Shown piece by piece: positions 1 to 6,695 of a stretch of DNA of 61,231 bases (position 1 is the stretch's first letter; each line of letters starts with the position of its first letter). Made by a program: the position numbers and the translations under genes. The stretch is from positions 1 through 61,231 of the IMG/VR virus record IMGVR_UViG_3300030202_002195; one strand, given 5' to 3'. Source of the stretch: a virus (Duplodnaviria; Caudoviricetes). Below the pieces are notes generated by a model. The model ran no database searches and had not been told where the DNA came from. It worked only from the letters and a program-made list of their open reading frames with translations.

Positions 1-7
1 CTTTACG

Positions 8-238
8 CTAAATATCCGATTCTTTCAAATGGCTTCGTTCATATTTACCATTAGCAACATCCTCTTTGAACATTTCATCAATCTTCTCGATTATGAATCC
101 TTCAATCTCTCGAAAGATTGGACTATCGTTGTTAAGTTCAATTCCAATCTCTTTAGCATACTTTTCATACACTTTTGAATCTTGCATCAATGTTGAAATC
201 ACATATCGTTTGTGTATTTCATCTGCCCAATAATACAT
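8..238 (-). CDS. Early hypothetical protein (76 aa)
   Basis: ORF starting 25 nt after the conserved GTC^AGTTAC site. Confidence 0.8.
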   Translation of the reverse strand: MYYWADEIHKRYVISTLMQDSKVYEKYAKEIGIELNNDSPIFREIEGFIIEKIDEMFKEDVANGKYERSHLKESDI

Positions 239-253
239 AATAATATAGTTTTA

Positions 254-329
254 GTTTGTAACTGACAGAGGGTTGCCCCTCTATATTCTATCTCTTTAAC
301 TTACACTTTGACTTGGTGTAGCCATTTGC
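254..329. repeat. 76-bp sequence identical to contig end 61156-61231
   Basis: Direct comparison; identity begins 4 bp before GTAACTGAC and the sequences differ to the left. Confidence 0.95.
258..282 (-). repeat. Hammerhead substrate-like site 1 (hairpin + GUC^AGUUAC)
   Basis: Minus strand AGAGGG-GCAA-CCCUCU-GUC-AGUUAC. Confidence 0.9.
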
Positions 330-404
330 AGTAAGTTGTTTAGGAGATGAACAAGCTACCATAGTGGTAGCAATAACAAGTGTTGCAATAATTAACTTCT
401 TCAT
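288..404 (-). CDS. Small lipoprotein (38 aa), not in ORF track
   Basis: MKKLIIATLVIATTMVAC-SSPKQLTANGYTKSKCKLKR: basic N-terminus, hydrophobic core, lipobox MVAC. Confidence 0.75.
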   Translation of the reverse strand: MKKLIIATLVIATTMVACSSPKQLTANGYTKSKCKLKR

Positions 405-405
405 C

Positions 406-711
406 TTAAAAAGGTAATAGTGAGTTAATAAATTCAGTTCCGTTGATTCTCATATCAATCAATCTCTTCAAAGGTATCGTTCGGTATGCACCCTTCTTTG
501 TATCCCATACAATAGCATTCTTTCTTGCTCTTGCATCATACTTCAAAGTGCCACCCTTCAAACCTTTGGTTACACCAGTGCGACACACCATCTTTCGAGT
601 CGTGCCATCTTTCTTGATGAATGTAACCGAGAAGAATCTTCCCTTACTTAAATCAATCTCCTTCTGTAATCTGTCGCACCACACATCTTGTGGTATCATA
701 ACTTTGTTCAT
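406..711 (-). CDS. WYL_2/DUF2693-like SH3 (Sm-like) barrel protein
   Basis: FSVTFIKKDGTTRKM...VWDTKKGAYRTIPL pattern; start reassigned to ATG 711, 25 nt after site 2. Confidence 0.7.
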   Translation of the reverse strand: MNKVMIPQDVWCDRLQKEIDLSKGRFFSVTFIKKDGTTRKMVCRTGVTKGLKGGTLKYDARARKNAIVWDTKKGAYRTIPLKRLIDMRINGTEFINSLLPF

Positions 712-730
712 AATTTTGTAGTTTAAATTT

Positions 731-756
731 GTAACTGACACCAATCATAAGATTGG
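731..756 (-). repeat. Hammerhead substrate-like site 2
   Basis: CCAAUC-UUAU-GAUUGG-U-GUC-AGUUAC. Confidence 0.9.
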
Positions 757-957
757 CTCATTGAAATCTTCTCCGTAGTATTCTTGGGTACAGAATCTAC
801 TGCATAGTTTGTTCCCTCGTTCCACTTGCTCATCCGTAAGTTCTTCATCACACCACTTGCAAGTTGGATTAGATACCTCATCTCTTGAGTCATCCGTAGG
901 TCGGTGGTAAAGTGAATCAATAAAACTTGCGAATCCTTGTAAATCATTATCATTCAT
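745..957 (-). CDS. Small zinc-finger protein (70 aa)
   Basis: CKWC...CSRFC; start reassigned to ATG 957. Confidence 0.7.
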   Translation of the reverse strand: MNDNDLQGFASFIDSLYHRPTDDSRDEVSNPTCKWCDEELTDEQVERGNKLCSRFCTQEYYGEDFNEPIL

Positions 958-975
958 AGTAGTAAATTTTAGTTT

Positions 976-999
976 GTAACTGACCCCTCCAAAGGAGGG
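976..999 (-). repeat. Hammerhead substrate-like site 3
   Basis: CCCUCC-UUU-GGAGGG-GUC-AGUUAC. Confidence 0.9.
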
Positions 1000-1007
1000 T
1001 AAATGCA

Positions 1008-1442
1008 TTACACATTTGATGGTTGAAGGATGTACTCACAAGCTACCTCGTGATACTCGATAGTACCCTCGAAAGTTCTGATTCTGTTCTTATCTACTGA
1101 AATGTATCCAGTATCTTCAGAATCATCCCCTTGCCAATACATAATCCCTTCTGCGTAGATAGGAGAATCCTTACTACACTCGATTAAAAACTTGATGAAG
1201 TGTTTTATCCATCCGATACCTTCGTATGTCTTCTCGGTTTCATTCCAAGAAAACAAACCTTTGTTGTCGTGGTTACTGACTTCAAAGTTACACCATATCG
1301 AAGGAAATTCTCTTCTTTGGTCATTGTAGCCATATTGACTATCGTGCCTTTCTCGAGTCATTTCATTCCAAGTATCTAATTCAATTCTTGTGAATGGTCT
1401 GCTTGTTGCAAGTACACCATTCCATTCGGTATTATAACCCAT
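1008..1442 (-). CDS. Early hypothetical protein (144 aa)
   Basis: ORF after site 4; MGYNTEW...WC...EKTY...GIMYWQGDDSED resembles a common phage early protein pattern. Confidence 0.85.
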   Translation of the reverse strand: MGYNTEWNGVLATSRPFTRIELDTWNEMTRERHDSQYGYNDQRREFPSIWCNFEVSNHDNKGLFSWNETEKTYEGIGWIKHFIKFLIECSKDSPIYAEGIMYWQGDDSEDTGYISVDKNRIRTFEGTIEYHEVACEYILQPSNV

Positions 1443-1464
1443 AATTTTGTAGTTTTAATTATTC

Positions 1465-1490
1465 GTAACTGACAGAGGGCATTGCCCTCT
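1465..1490 (-). repeat. Hammerhead substrate-like site 4
   Basis: AGAGGGC-AAU-GCCCUCU-GUC-AGUUAC. Confidence 0.9.
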
Positions 1491-1494
1491 TACT

Positions 1495-1809
1495 TTACAC
1501 TAAATCTCCATTCTCATCAAAATCTCCCATAACAAATTCTGTTGGCATTGTGAAAAACTTGATTGCATCTAAATCTTTAGATGGTATTTCATCAAACATC
1601 AAGTTACCAATCAGAGTCATTGTATTAAATTCAAGATTCAAAGGTGATAGTATCTCTCTCAATTTAGAGTAGTATTTCAATGATAATCTACACCACACAT
1701 CTTCCTTATCATATTCGGTAGGATTGTCATATGCATTGATGCGTTCTTTGTACTCATTTCTGTACTCGGTTACAAGAGATAATACTCTTGCTTTCATTCC
1801 TATTGTCAT
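1495..1809 (-). CDS. Early hypothetical protein (104 aa)
   Basis: ORF 24 nt after site 5. Confidence 0.8.
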   Translation of the reverse strand: MTIGMKARVLSLVTEYRNEYKERINAYDNPTEYDKEDVWCRLSLKYYSKLREILSPLNLEFNTMTLIGNLMFDEIPSKDLDAIKFFTMPTEFVMGDFDENGDLV

Positions 1810-1827
1810 TGTAGTAAAAATTGGTTT

Positions 1828-1856
1828 GTAACTGACAAGAGTCTATTTAGACTCTT
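1828..1856 (-). repeat. Hammerhead substrate-like site 5
   Basis: AAGAGUCU-AAAU-AGACUCUU-GUC-AGUUAC. Confidence 0.9.
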
Positions 1857-1947
1857 CTTCACTTTCAATGATAAACTTCTCCATAAAGTAGAAGAATGTA
1901 CCGAAGATTGAAAGCATAATGATAATTTCAAGTATGTAAGCTAACAT
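1843..1947 (-). CDS. Single-pass membrane peptide (34 aa), not in ORF track
   Basis: MLAYILEIIIMLSIFGTFFYFMEKFIIESEEESK; ATG 25 nt after site 6, stop inside the site 5 hairpin. Confidence 0.75.
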   Translation of the reverse strand: MLAYILEIIIMLSIFGTFFYFMEKFIIESEEESK

Positions 1948-1966
1948 AATTTTGTAGTGTTTAGTT

Positions 1967-1995
1967 GTAACTGACAAGAGGTTATTCAACCTCTT
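1967..1995 (-). repeat. Hammerhead substrate-like site 6
   Basis: AAGAGGUU-GAAU-AACCUCUU-GUC-AGUUAC. Confidence 0.9.
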
Positions 1996-2182
1996 CATCT
2001 TTGGGTAGTTTGTCCCAATTTACTGCATCATCAATCGATTGAATAAGCAGTTGTTGATTCTCTTCTGTTATGAGCATTTCTGCTTGAAATACACTATCTA
2101 CATTAGAGAAGGTAGTGTGTTTTTGCTCTCCAATGAAAGTATGTAATGTACCTTCATTATCAATAAAATAACTTGTAATCAT
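1982..2182 (-). CDS. Early hypothetical protein (66 aa, acidic)
   Basis: ORF 26 nt after site 7. Confidence 0.8.
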   Translation of the reverse strand: MITSYFIDNEGTLHTFIGEQKHTTFSNVDSVFQAEMLITEENQQLLIQSIDDAVNWDKLPKDEEVE

Positions 2183-2202
2183 TGTAGTAAATTTAATTGT
2201 TT

Positions 2203-2231
2203 GTAACTAACACTCTCTGATTACAGAGAGT
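2203..2231 (-). repeat. Hammerhead substrate-like site 7 (GUU variant)
   Basis: ACUCUCUG-UAAU-CAGAGAGU-GUU-AGUUAC. Confidence 0.85.
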
Positions 2232-2457
2232 TATAAAGGTTAATAATGTATTCTAATTCTTGTTCAAGGTTAATCAAGTCATCCTCTGTTACTCGTTCGC
2301 CCAGCAACCATCTGTTCTCGTGTAATGCCCAAGTGACATCTCCGATATGATTCTCTACTTGTTTCTTGTTCCTTGTTAAGAATGATTTCTTAGATGAGGT
2401 AGTCTTGTATTTAGCAATCTCCTCTTGATAAAAATCTTTGTAAGTGTATTCTAACAT
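2221..2457 (-). CDS. First early protein (78 aa), hypothetical
   Basis: ORF 24 nt after the ribozyme cis cleavage site. Confidence 0.8.
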   Translation of the reverse strand: MLEYTYKDFYQEEIAKYKTTSSKKSFLTRNKKQVENHIGDVTWALHENRWLLGERVTEDDLINLEQELEYIINLYNSL

Positions 2458-2475
2458 TGTAGTAAATATTGGTTT

Positions 2476-2587
2476 GTAACTGACACAGATACATTCTCAA
2501 GTGTATCTGTCGTTTGTGTTTCGACCATCTAAGGTAGGTGCTTGAACACCCTCCAGAGTTTATACTCTCTGGCATCATCAGAGTTAC
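2476..2587 (-). ncRNA. Type I hammerhead ribozyme with expanded stem II; contains cis site 8
   Basis: GUAACU(2587-2582)-CUGAUGA(2581-2575)-U-GCCA...UGGU-C-GAAAC(2522-2518)...hairpin-GUC(2484-2482)^AGUUAC(2481-2476); 6-bp stem I, complete core. Confidence 0.85.
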
Positions 2588-2781
2588 CTAAGCTACTTAA
2601 GGTAGCTAATCTGTACTACATTTCCCATTGACTGATGTTTCTGGTGTGCTTCTATCTGATTCGATTGCTCTGTATCTTCCTATGCTCTATCGCCCACCAA
2701 ACTAAGAGATTTCACATCTGTATCATTGTTTGCTACGATAGTAGGTAAGATAGCCATTAGGCATCACCATAATTGTCAGTC

Positions 2782-2793
2782 TGTCAAAGAACA
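2782..2793 (-). promoter_or_regulatory. boxA-like antitermination element
   Basis: TGTTCTTTGACA shortly after the predicted start; compare rrn boxA TGCTCTTTAACA. Confidence 0.6.
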
Positions 2794-2823
2794 TATCCCA
2801 AACTCGTTCGTTCAAGAATTGTT

Positions 2824-2853
2824 CAAAAATAGTCTAAATATCTTACATATCAA
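2824..2853 (-). promoter_or_regulatory. Host sigma-type early promoter
   Basis: TTG(2853-2851)-N19-TATTTTTG(2831-2824), matching the Flavobacterium/Bacteroidota -33/-7 consensus. Confidence 0.75.
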
Positions 2854-3081
2854 CTATAAAATTAAAAAAGTTTTATGCGAAGTTTACTCTTTGTTCAAAT
2901 CTCTGTCAGTCAATGAGTTACAAGTCAAATTTGGGTGTAAAATGTATGGAATTTGGGTGATTGCTGGGTGATTATACGACACCTCTGTGTCTGTAAAACG
3001 TCAGATTTTGTCTGACCTTCCCTCCAAACGTTCACTTTTGGGTCGTATCAGAGGGGAAACCCTACCCAAGTGAGAGAGTTT

Positions 3082-3142
3082 ACCGAGTCAAACCGAGTAA
3101 CCGAGTAACACATAGGTAGTAGCTTCGGCAGATACTACCGAG
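3082..3142 (+). repeat. Four ACCGAG(T) direct repeats plus GGTAGTA/TACTACC hairpin
   Basis: ACCGAG at 3082, 3092, 3100, 3137 in the non-coding divergent region. Confidence 0.7.
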
Positions 3143-3294
3143 CCACATCAGATGCCATAGCAAAAAGCTAAAATGTTTGTAGTGTGCGAGTCAAACATCG
3201 ACCCCCCCTCAAAAAAAAAATCAGTTTCCGTACAGACGATGTGTGTGTATACGCTATAATAACCCTCAACCCCCAGGTATCTAATATTTTTTAT

Positions 3295-3302
3295 TACCTT
3301 TG
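3295..3302 (+). promoter_or_regulatory. -7 promoter element
   Basis: TACCTTTG just upstream of ATG 3316. Confidence 0.55.
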
Positions 3303-3315
3303 TAAAAAAGAAAAC

Positions 3316-3522
3316 ATGAAGAGTTACAAGAAACAAATAGATATGGGTCTTTCAATCGAGGGAGGTAGACTAATCAACGAGAGACCAGATGGTATGACAG
3401 GCATTCAGCTTGCTGCCAAAATGAAAAGAGCTCGCAAGCGTATGGATAAAGTTGATATGATTGCAGAAGGAAATGAGATGGCTCGTATGCGTAGAGATAT
3501 GCGAGACATGTTTAAGAAATAA
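3316..3522 (+). CDS. Small basic Met-rich protein (68 aa)
   Basis: ATG after promoter, followed by terminator. Confidence 0.65.
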   Translation: MKSYKKQIDMGLSIEGGRLINERPDGMTGIQLAAKMKRARKRMDKVDMIAEGNEMARMRRDMRDMFKK

Positions 3523-3567
3523 AGAAAACAATTTTCCCAATTGTTCTGTTTTGATTAGTTGTTGAAT

Positions 3568-3602
3568 AGGGGGTCTTCGTTCTGAAGATCCTCTTTTCTT
3601 TT
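3568..3602 (+). terminator. Intrinsic terminator
   Basis: GGGGTCTTC-GTTCT-GAAGATCCT then T-rich tract. Confidence 0.65.
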
Positions 3603-3614
3603 ATATATGTTAAA

Positions 3615-3790
3615 GTTCGACATTCTTCTGTCGATTTATTTTTAGTTCGACAGGATATAACTCTTTAGTTTTCAGTTACTTATATTATTTTATGTCGAAA
3701 TGTCGAAAAAGATACCAAAATATTACACAGTAAAAACAACTTACGATAGTATATATATATTATATGTAAGAGTTTACTAAACTCGACATA
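3615..3790. other. Origin-like iteron element A
   Basis: Repeated TGTCGAA/TTCGACA in both orientations around AT-rich DNA; TGTCGAAATGTCGAAA (3693-3708) also occurs at 55101-55116. Confidence 0.5.
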
Positions 3791-3820
3791 CCAACATTTA
3801 AGTATATATTATTTTTTTTA

Positions 3821-3828
3821 TATATTTG
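3821..3828 (+). promoter_or_regulatory. -7 promoter element for groEL operon
   Basis: TATATTTG upstream of ATG 3860. Confidence 0.6.
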
Positions 3829-3859
3829 CCTCATACTAATTCAATTAAATTAAACCAAA

Positions 3860-5470
3860 ATGGAAACACAAGGAGGGGGATACATCCCTAAAGACTTATC
3901 GTTCGATGAGGAAGCAAGAGCTAAGTTAATTAGCGGCATCAAGAAAATTTCAAAAGCAGTTAAGAGTACATTAGGACCAAGAGGTAGTACAGTTATTGTA
4001 GAGTCACCTGAACACACAAGGGGTATGACTGTTACAAAGGACGGTGTTACTGTTGCGAGTTCTATATTCTTAATGGACCCAATCGAGAACCTTGCGGTTC
4101 GTATGATGAAGCAAGCGTCTGAAGAGACAGCGACCAATGCTGGTGATGGTACAACTACAGCTATTGTCTTGACTGAAGCTTTGGTTGAAGCTGGTATGAA
4201 GTGGATCAAACCACATCACAATGTGGCTGAGGTGTTGAAGGACATCAACAAGCATGCTGAAGAGATTGGTAAGTTCTTAAAAAAGGAAAGGTCTAAGAAG
4301 TTAAACAAGTCCAGGCTACTTGATGTTGCTACCATATCTGCTAACAACGATAAGGAGATAGGTAAGATTATTGCTGACGCATATAACTCTGTTGGGAAGG
4401 ATGGGATTGTAACAGTTGAGCGATCTCAAACTGAGAAGACATATTCTGAGATAACTCACGGTATAAAGATTGACAGAGGTTACTCATCTCCAATGTTCAT
4501 CAACAACCACAAGAAGGATGAGTGCATCATGGACAATGTCAAAGTATTAGTGGCTGACCAGGACATATCTAATATATTACAGATTGAGAATATATTAAAA
4601 CCAATCATCAACGCACAAGAGAAACTACTTATCATTGGATCACTAAGTGACAATGTGGTGAATACCCTTGCGGCTAATGTGGTTCGTAATGGTTTAAAGT
4701 TCTGTCACATCCCTGTGCCATCGTTTGGTTACAGAACCCATGAGCTTATGCAAGACATTGCACTTGCTATTGGAGCTAAGTGTTTTTCTGAGAAGACAGG
4801 AGACGACCTATCTCTTGTTAGAATGGAAGACTTAGGATTGGCTGACAAGGTTATTGTTGGTAAAGACAATACTGTTATTATTAAAGACAACCAAGTAACT
4901 GACGAGATTACTAAACGAGTTGAAGAGCTGCGTGAGCAACAGAAGAATAAAACATTCACCAAGGCAGAGCGTGACTTTGTTAACGAGCGTATTGCTTCTT
5001 TGGTTGGAGGTATCGGCTGTATATATGTTGGAGGTAATTCTGATATAGAGCAAAAAGAAAAATTTGACCGAGTCGATGACTCGGTATGTGCAGTGCGTTC
5101 CGCACTACAAGAAGGGATCATCCCTGGAGGAGGTTTAGCATTATATGATTGTTCATTTGATTTTGAACCAAAAGAAGAGTACAATGAAAAGTATGATGAA
5201 GAACAGTGTGCTAAACTAATAATGAGAGATGCTCTTCAAGCACCAATGAAACAAATACTTTGTAACGCTGGTAAAGATGTTGATGATGTTATGCATGCTG
5301 ATCTTATACAGGACGAAGGGTTTGATGTAAAGAAAGGTAAGTACGGTGATATGTTTAAGATGGGTATTGTAGACCCAGTTAAAGTAACTCGTAACGCATT
5401 ATTAAATGCAGCCAGTGTTGCTACAACTATTCTTTCTACTAACGCTATTGTAACACACGCCAGACAATGA
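3860..5470 (+). CDS. groEL: Chaperonin GroEL (phage-encoded)
   Basis: TLGPRG, VTKDGVTVA, AGDGTTTA, GIIPGGG, GIVDP motifs; no GGM tail. Confidence 0.97.
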   Translation: METQGGGYIPKDLSFDEEARAKLISGIKKISKAVKSTLGPRGSTVIVESPEHTRGMTVTKDGVTVASSIFLMDPIENLAVRMMKQASEETATNAGDGTTTAIVLTEALVEAGMKWIKPHHNVAEVLKDINKHAEEIGKFLKKERSKKLNKSRLLDVATISANNDKEIGKIIADAYNSVGKDGIVTVERSQTEKTYSEITHGIKIDRGYSSPMFINNHKKDECIMDNVKVLVADQDISNILQIENILKPIINAQEKLLIIGSLSDNVVNTLAANVVRNGLKFCHIPVPSFGYRTHELMQDIALAIGAKCFSEKTGDDLSLVRMEDLGLADKVIVGKDNTVIIKDNQVTDEITKRVEELREQQKNKTFTKAERDFVNERIASLVGGIGCIYVGGNSDIEQKEKFDRVDDSVCAVRSALQEGIIPGGGLALYDCSFDFEPKEEYNEKYDEEQCAKLIMRDALQAPMKQILCNAGKDVDDVMHADLIQDEGFDVKKGKYGDMFKMGIVDPVKVTRNALLNAASVATTILSTNAIVTHARQ

Positions 5471-5625
5471 GAGACTTTGAATTAAGTATAGGGTTCTACC
5501 CAGGCATCTTGTTTGGGTTTAGAACCTACCCAGGTTATGATGCAGAACAAAACCCAGTAAACTCACATGTGTTATACTTACCATTTATAAGTGTGGGTAT
5601 TGAATTTTATAAAGAAGAACAATGA
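5467..5625 (+). CDS. Hypothetical protein (52 aa) between groEL and groES
   Basis: ATGA overlaps on both sides; MRDFELSIGFYPGILFG... Confidence 0.65.
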   Translation: MRDFELSIGFYPGILFGFRTYPGYDAEQNPVNSHVLYLPFISVGIEFYKEEQ

Positions 5626-5879
5626 AACCAATAGGAAAATATATTGTAATACAACCAATCGAAGAGCAGTTAACTTCTGACTCTGGATTAATATTAACAT
5701 CATCTGACGCTTCTAACTTCAGATATAAGAAGGGTGAGGTTGTTAAACCAGGAACAGATGTTTCTGTTATTAGTGCTGGTGATTTAATATACTACGATGG
5801 ATCTGCAGGCCACACCATGTTTATAAAGGATACTGTATATACAGTTATTCTGGAGAGAGATGTCGTTGTTGTTTTATAA
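5622..5879 (+). CDS. groES: Co-chaperonin GroES
   Basis: MKPIG.YIVI...SGLIL...GEVV..G...GD.I...I.ERDV. Confidence 0.9.
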   Translation: MKPIGKYIVIQPIEEQLTSDSGLILTSSDASNFRYKKGEVVKPGTDVSVISAGDLIYYDGSAGHTMFIKDTVYTVILERDVVVVL

Positions 5880-6276
5880 ACTCATTCATCTCTTTTATCA
5901 TCTTACGCTGCATCTTATCCATATAGGATGCGTCTAATCTAAATAAGGGGTTGATGTTAGGAGACTCTCCTACCTCTTCCCCGTTTAGTTTTCTATATAC
6001 TGTTCTAACTAAACTCTTTCCTTTATAAGATAGTTCGTAGAGAGTTGCGTTCTTACCAGATCTTCTTCTGAAAACTTGAAGCCAGCCATCACGCAATAAG
6101 TTATTGAATCGTTTAGTATCCCAAGACATTATTGTTTCAAACTCTTGAAACCTTGACTTAGTGAACATTTGTTCACTATATAAGAATAGAAGTAACTCAA
6201 GCTCAGGCGTTCCGATATTATACTTAGCTTTCACCCAATACCTGATTACCCTCCAGTATTTTAGGTAATCACTCAT
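5845..6276 (-). CDS. Winged-helix (MarR-like) DNA-binding protein
   Basis: LLLFL...NLLRDGWLQV...LYELSYKG wing pattern. Confidence 0.6.
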   Translation of the reverse strand: MSDYLKYWRVIRYWVKAKYNIGTPELELLLFLYSEQMFTKSRFQEFETIMSWDTKRFNNLLRDGWLQVFRRRSGKNATLYELSYKGKSLVRTVYRKLNGEEVGESPNINPLFRLDASYMDKMQRKMIKEMNEFIKQQRHLSPE

Positions 6277-6289
6277 TAAATTTAATTTG

Positions 6290-6297
6290 TATCTTTG
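6290..6297 (+). promoter_or_regulatory. -7 promoter element
   Basis: TATCTTTG before the basic-protein cluster. Confidence 0.55.
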
Positions 6298-6317
6298 TGT
6301 TTACAAATATAGTTATT

Positions 6318-6509
6318 ATGCCAAGTAAAACAAAACAATCTACAGCTGCTCTGAGACCAATGACAAAATCAGAGAAGTTGGCTATGAAAGGAAATCAAGG
6401 TAGCGCCCCTTCACCAGTGAAGACTTTATCTACAATATATAAAGGAGCTAAAAGACTATACAACAAAGCACATGCTGCTGCTCACACAAGTAAATATAAA
6501 CCAGAGTAA
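6318..6509 (+). CDS. Small basic protein
   Basis: Lys-rich ORF, ATG 6318. Confidence 0.65.
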   Translation: MPSKTKQSTAALRPMTKSEKLAMKGNQGSAPSPVKTLSTIYKGAKRLYNKAHAAAHTSKYKPE

Positions 6510-6667
6510 TGTTAAGCGGAGAAGAAAGAAAAAAGAAAAGAGAAGCTAAGAGAGCTGCTCGAAGAGTAAGAAAGTTTCAGAAGTCTACACCAGGGAAAGA
6601 CAAGGTGAAGAAGGCTGTTAAAACTTTCTTTGGTAAATTATCAAGACATGGCGGAGATTGGACGTAG
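6509..6667 (+). CDS. Small Lys/Arg-rich protein (52 aa)
   Basis: MLSGEERKKKREAKRAARRVRK...; TAATG coupling. Confidence 0.65.
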   Translation: MLSGEERKKKREAKRAARRVRKFQKSTPGKDKVKKAVKTFFGKLSRHGGDWT

Positions 6668-6695
6668 TAAATATTATTATGATTATTTTAGAAAT

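Noticed and set aside
258-2484. Repeats as integron attC sites or a CRISPR array
   Set aside because: No integrase or cas genes; the conserved part is only 9 nt, spacers are whole genes, and there are no paired RYYYAAC/GTTRRRY boxes
258-2484. Repeats as hairpin promoters for a phage RNA polymerase (N4-like)
   Set aside because: No RNA polymerase recognised, and the conserved bases are fully explained by complementarity to the hammerhead arms; disfavoured but not excluded without end mapping
2726-3336. ORFs 2726-2971 (+) and 3148-3336 (-), and the upstream extension of 3184-3522
   Set aside because: They overlap promoter, boxA and repeat DNA and lack typical leaders; probably spurious
4895-4903. 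Extra GTAACTGAC inside groEL
   Set aside because: The site would be on the antisense strand, with no adjacent hairpin or downstream leader; likely chance
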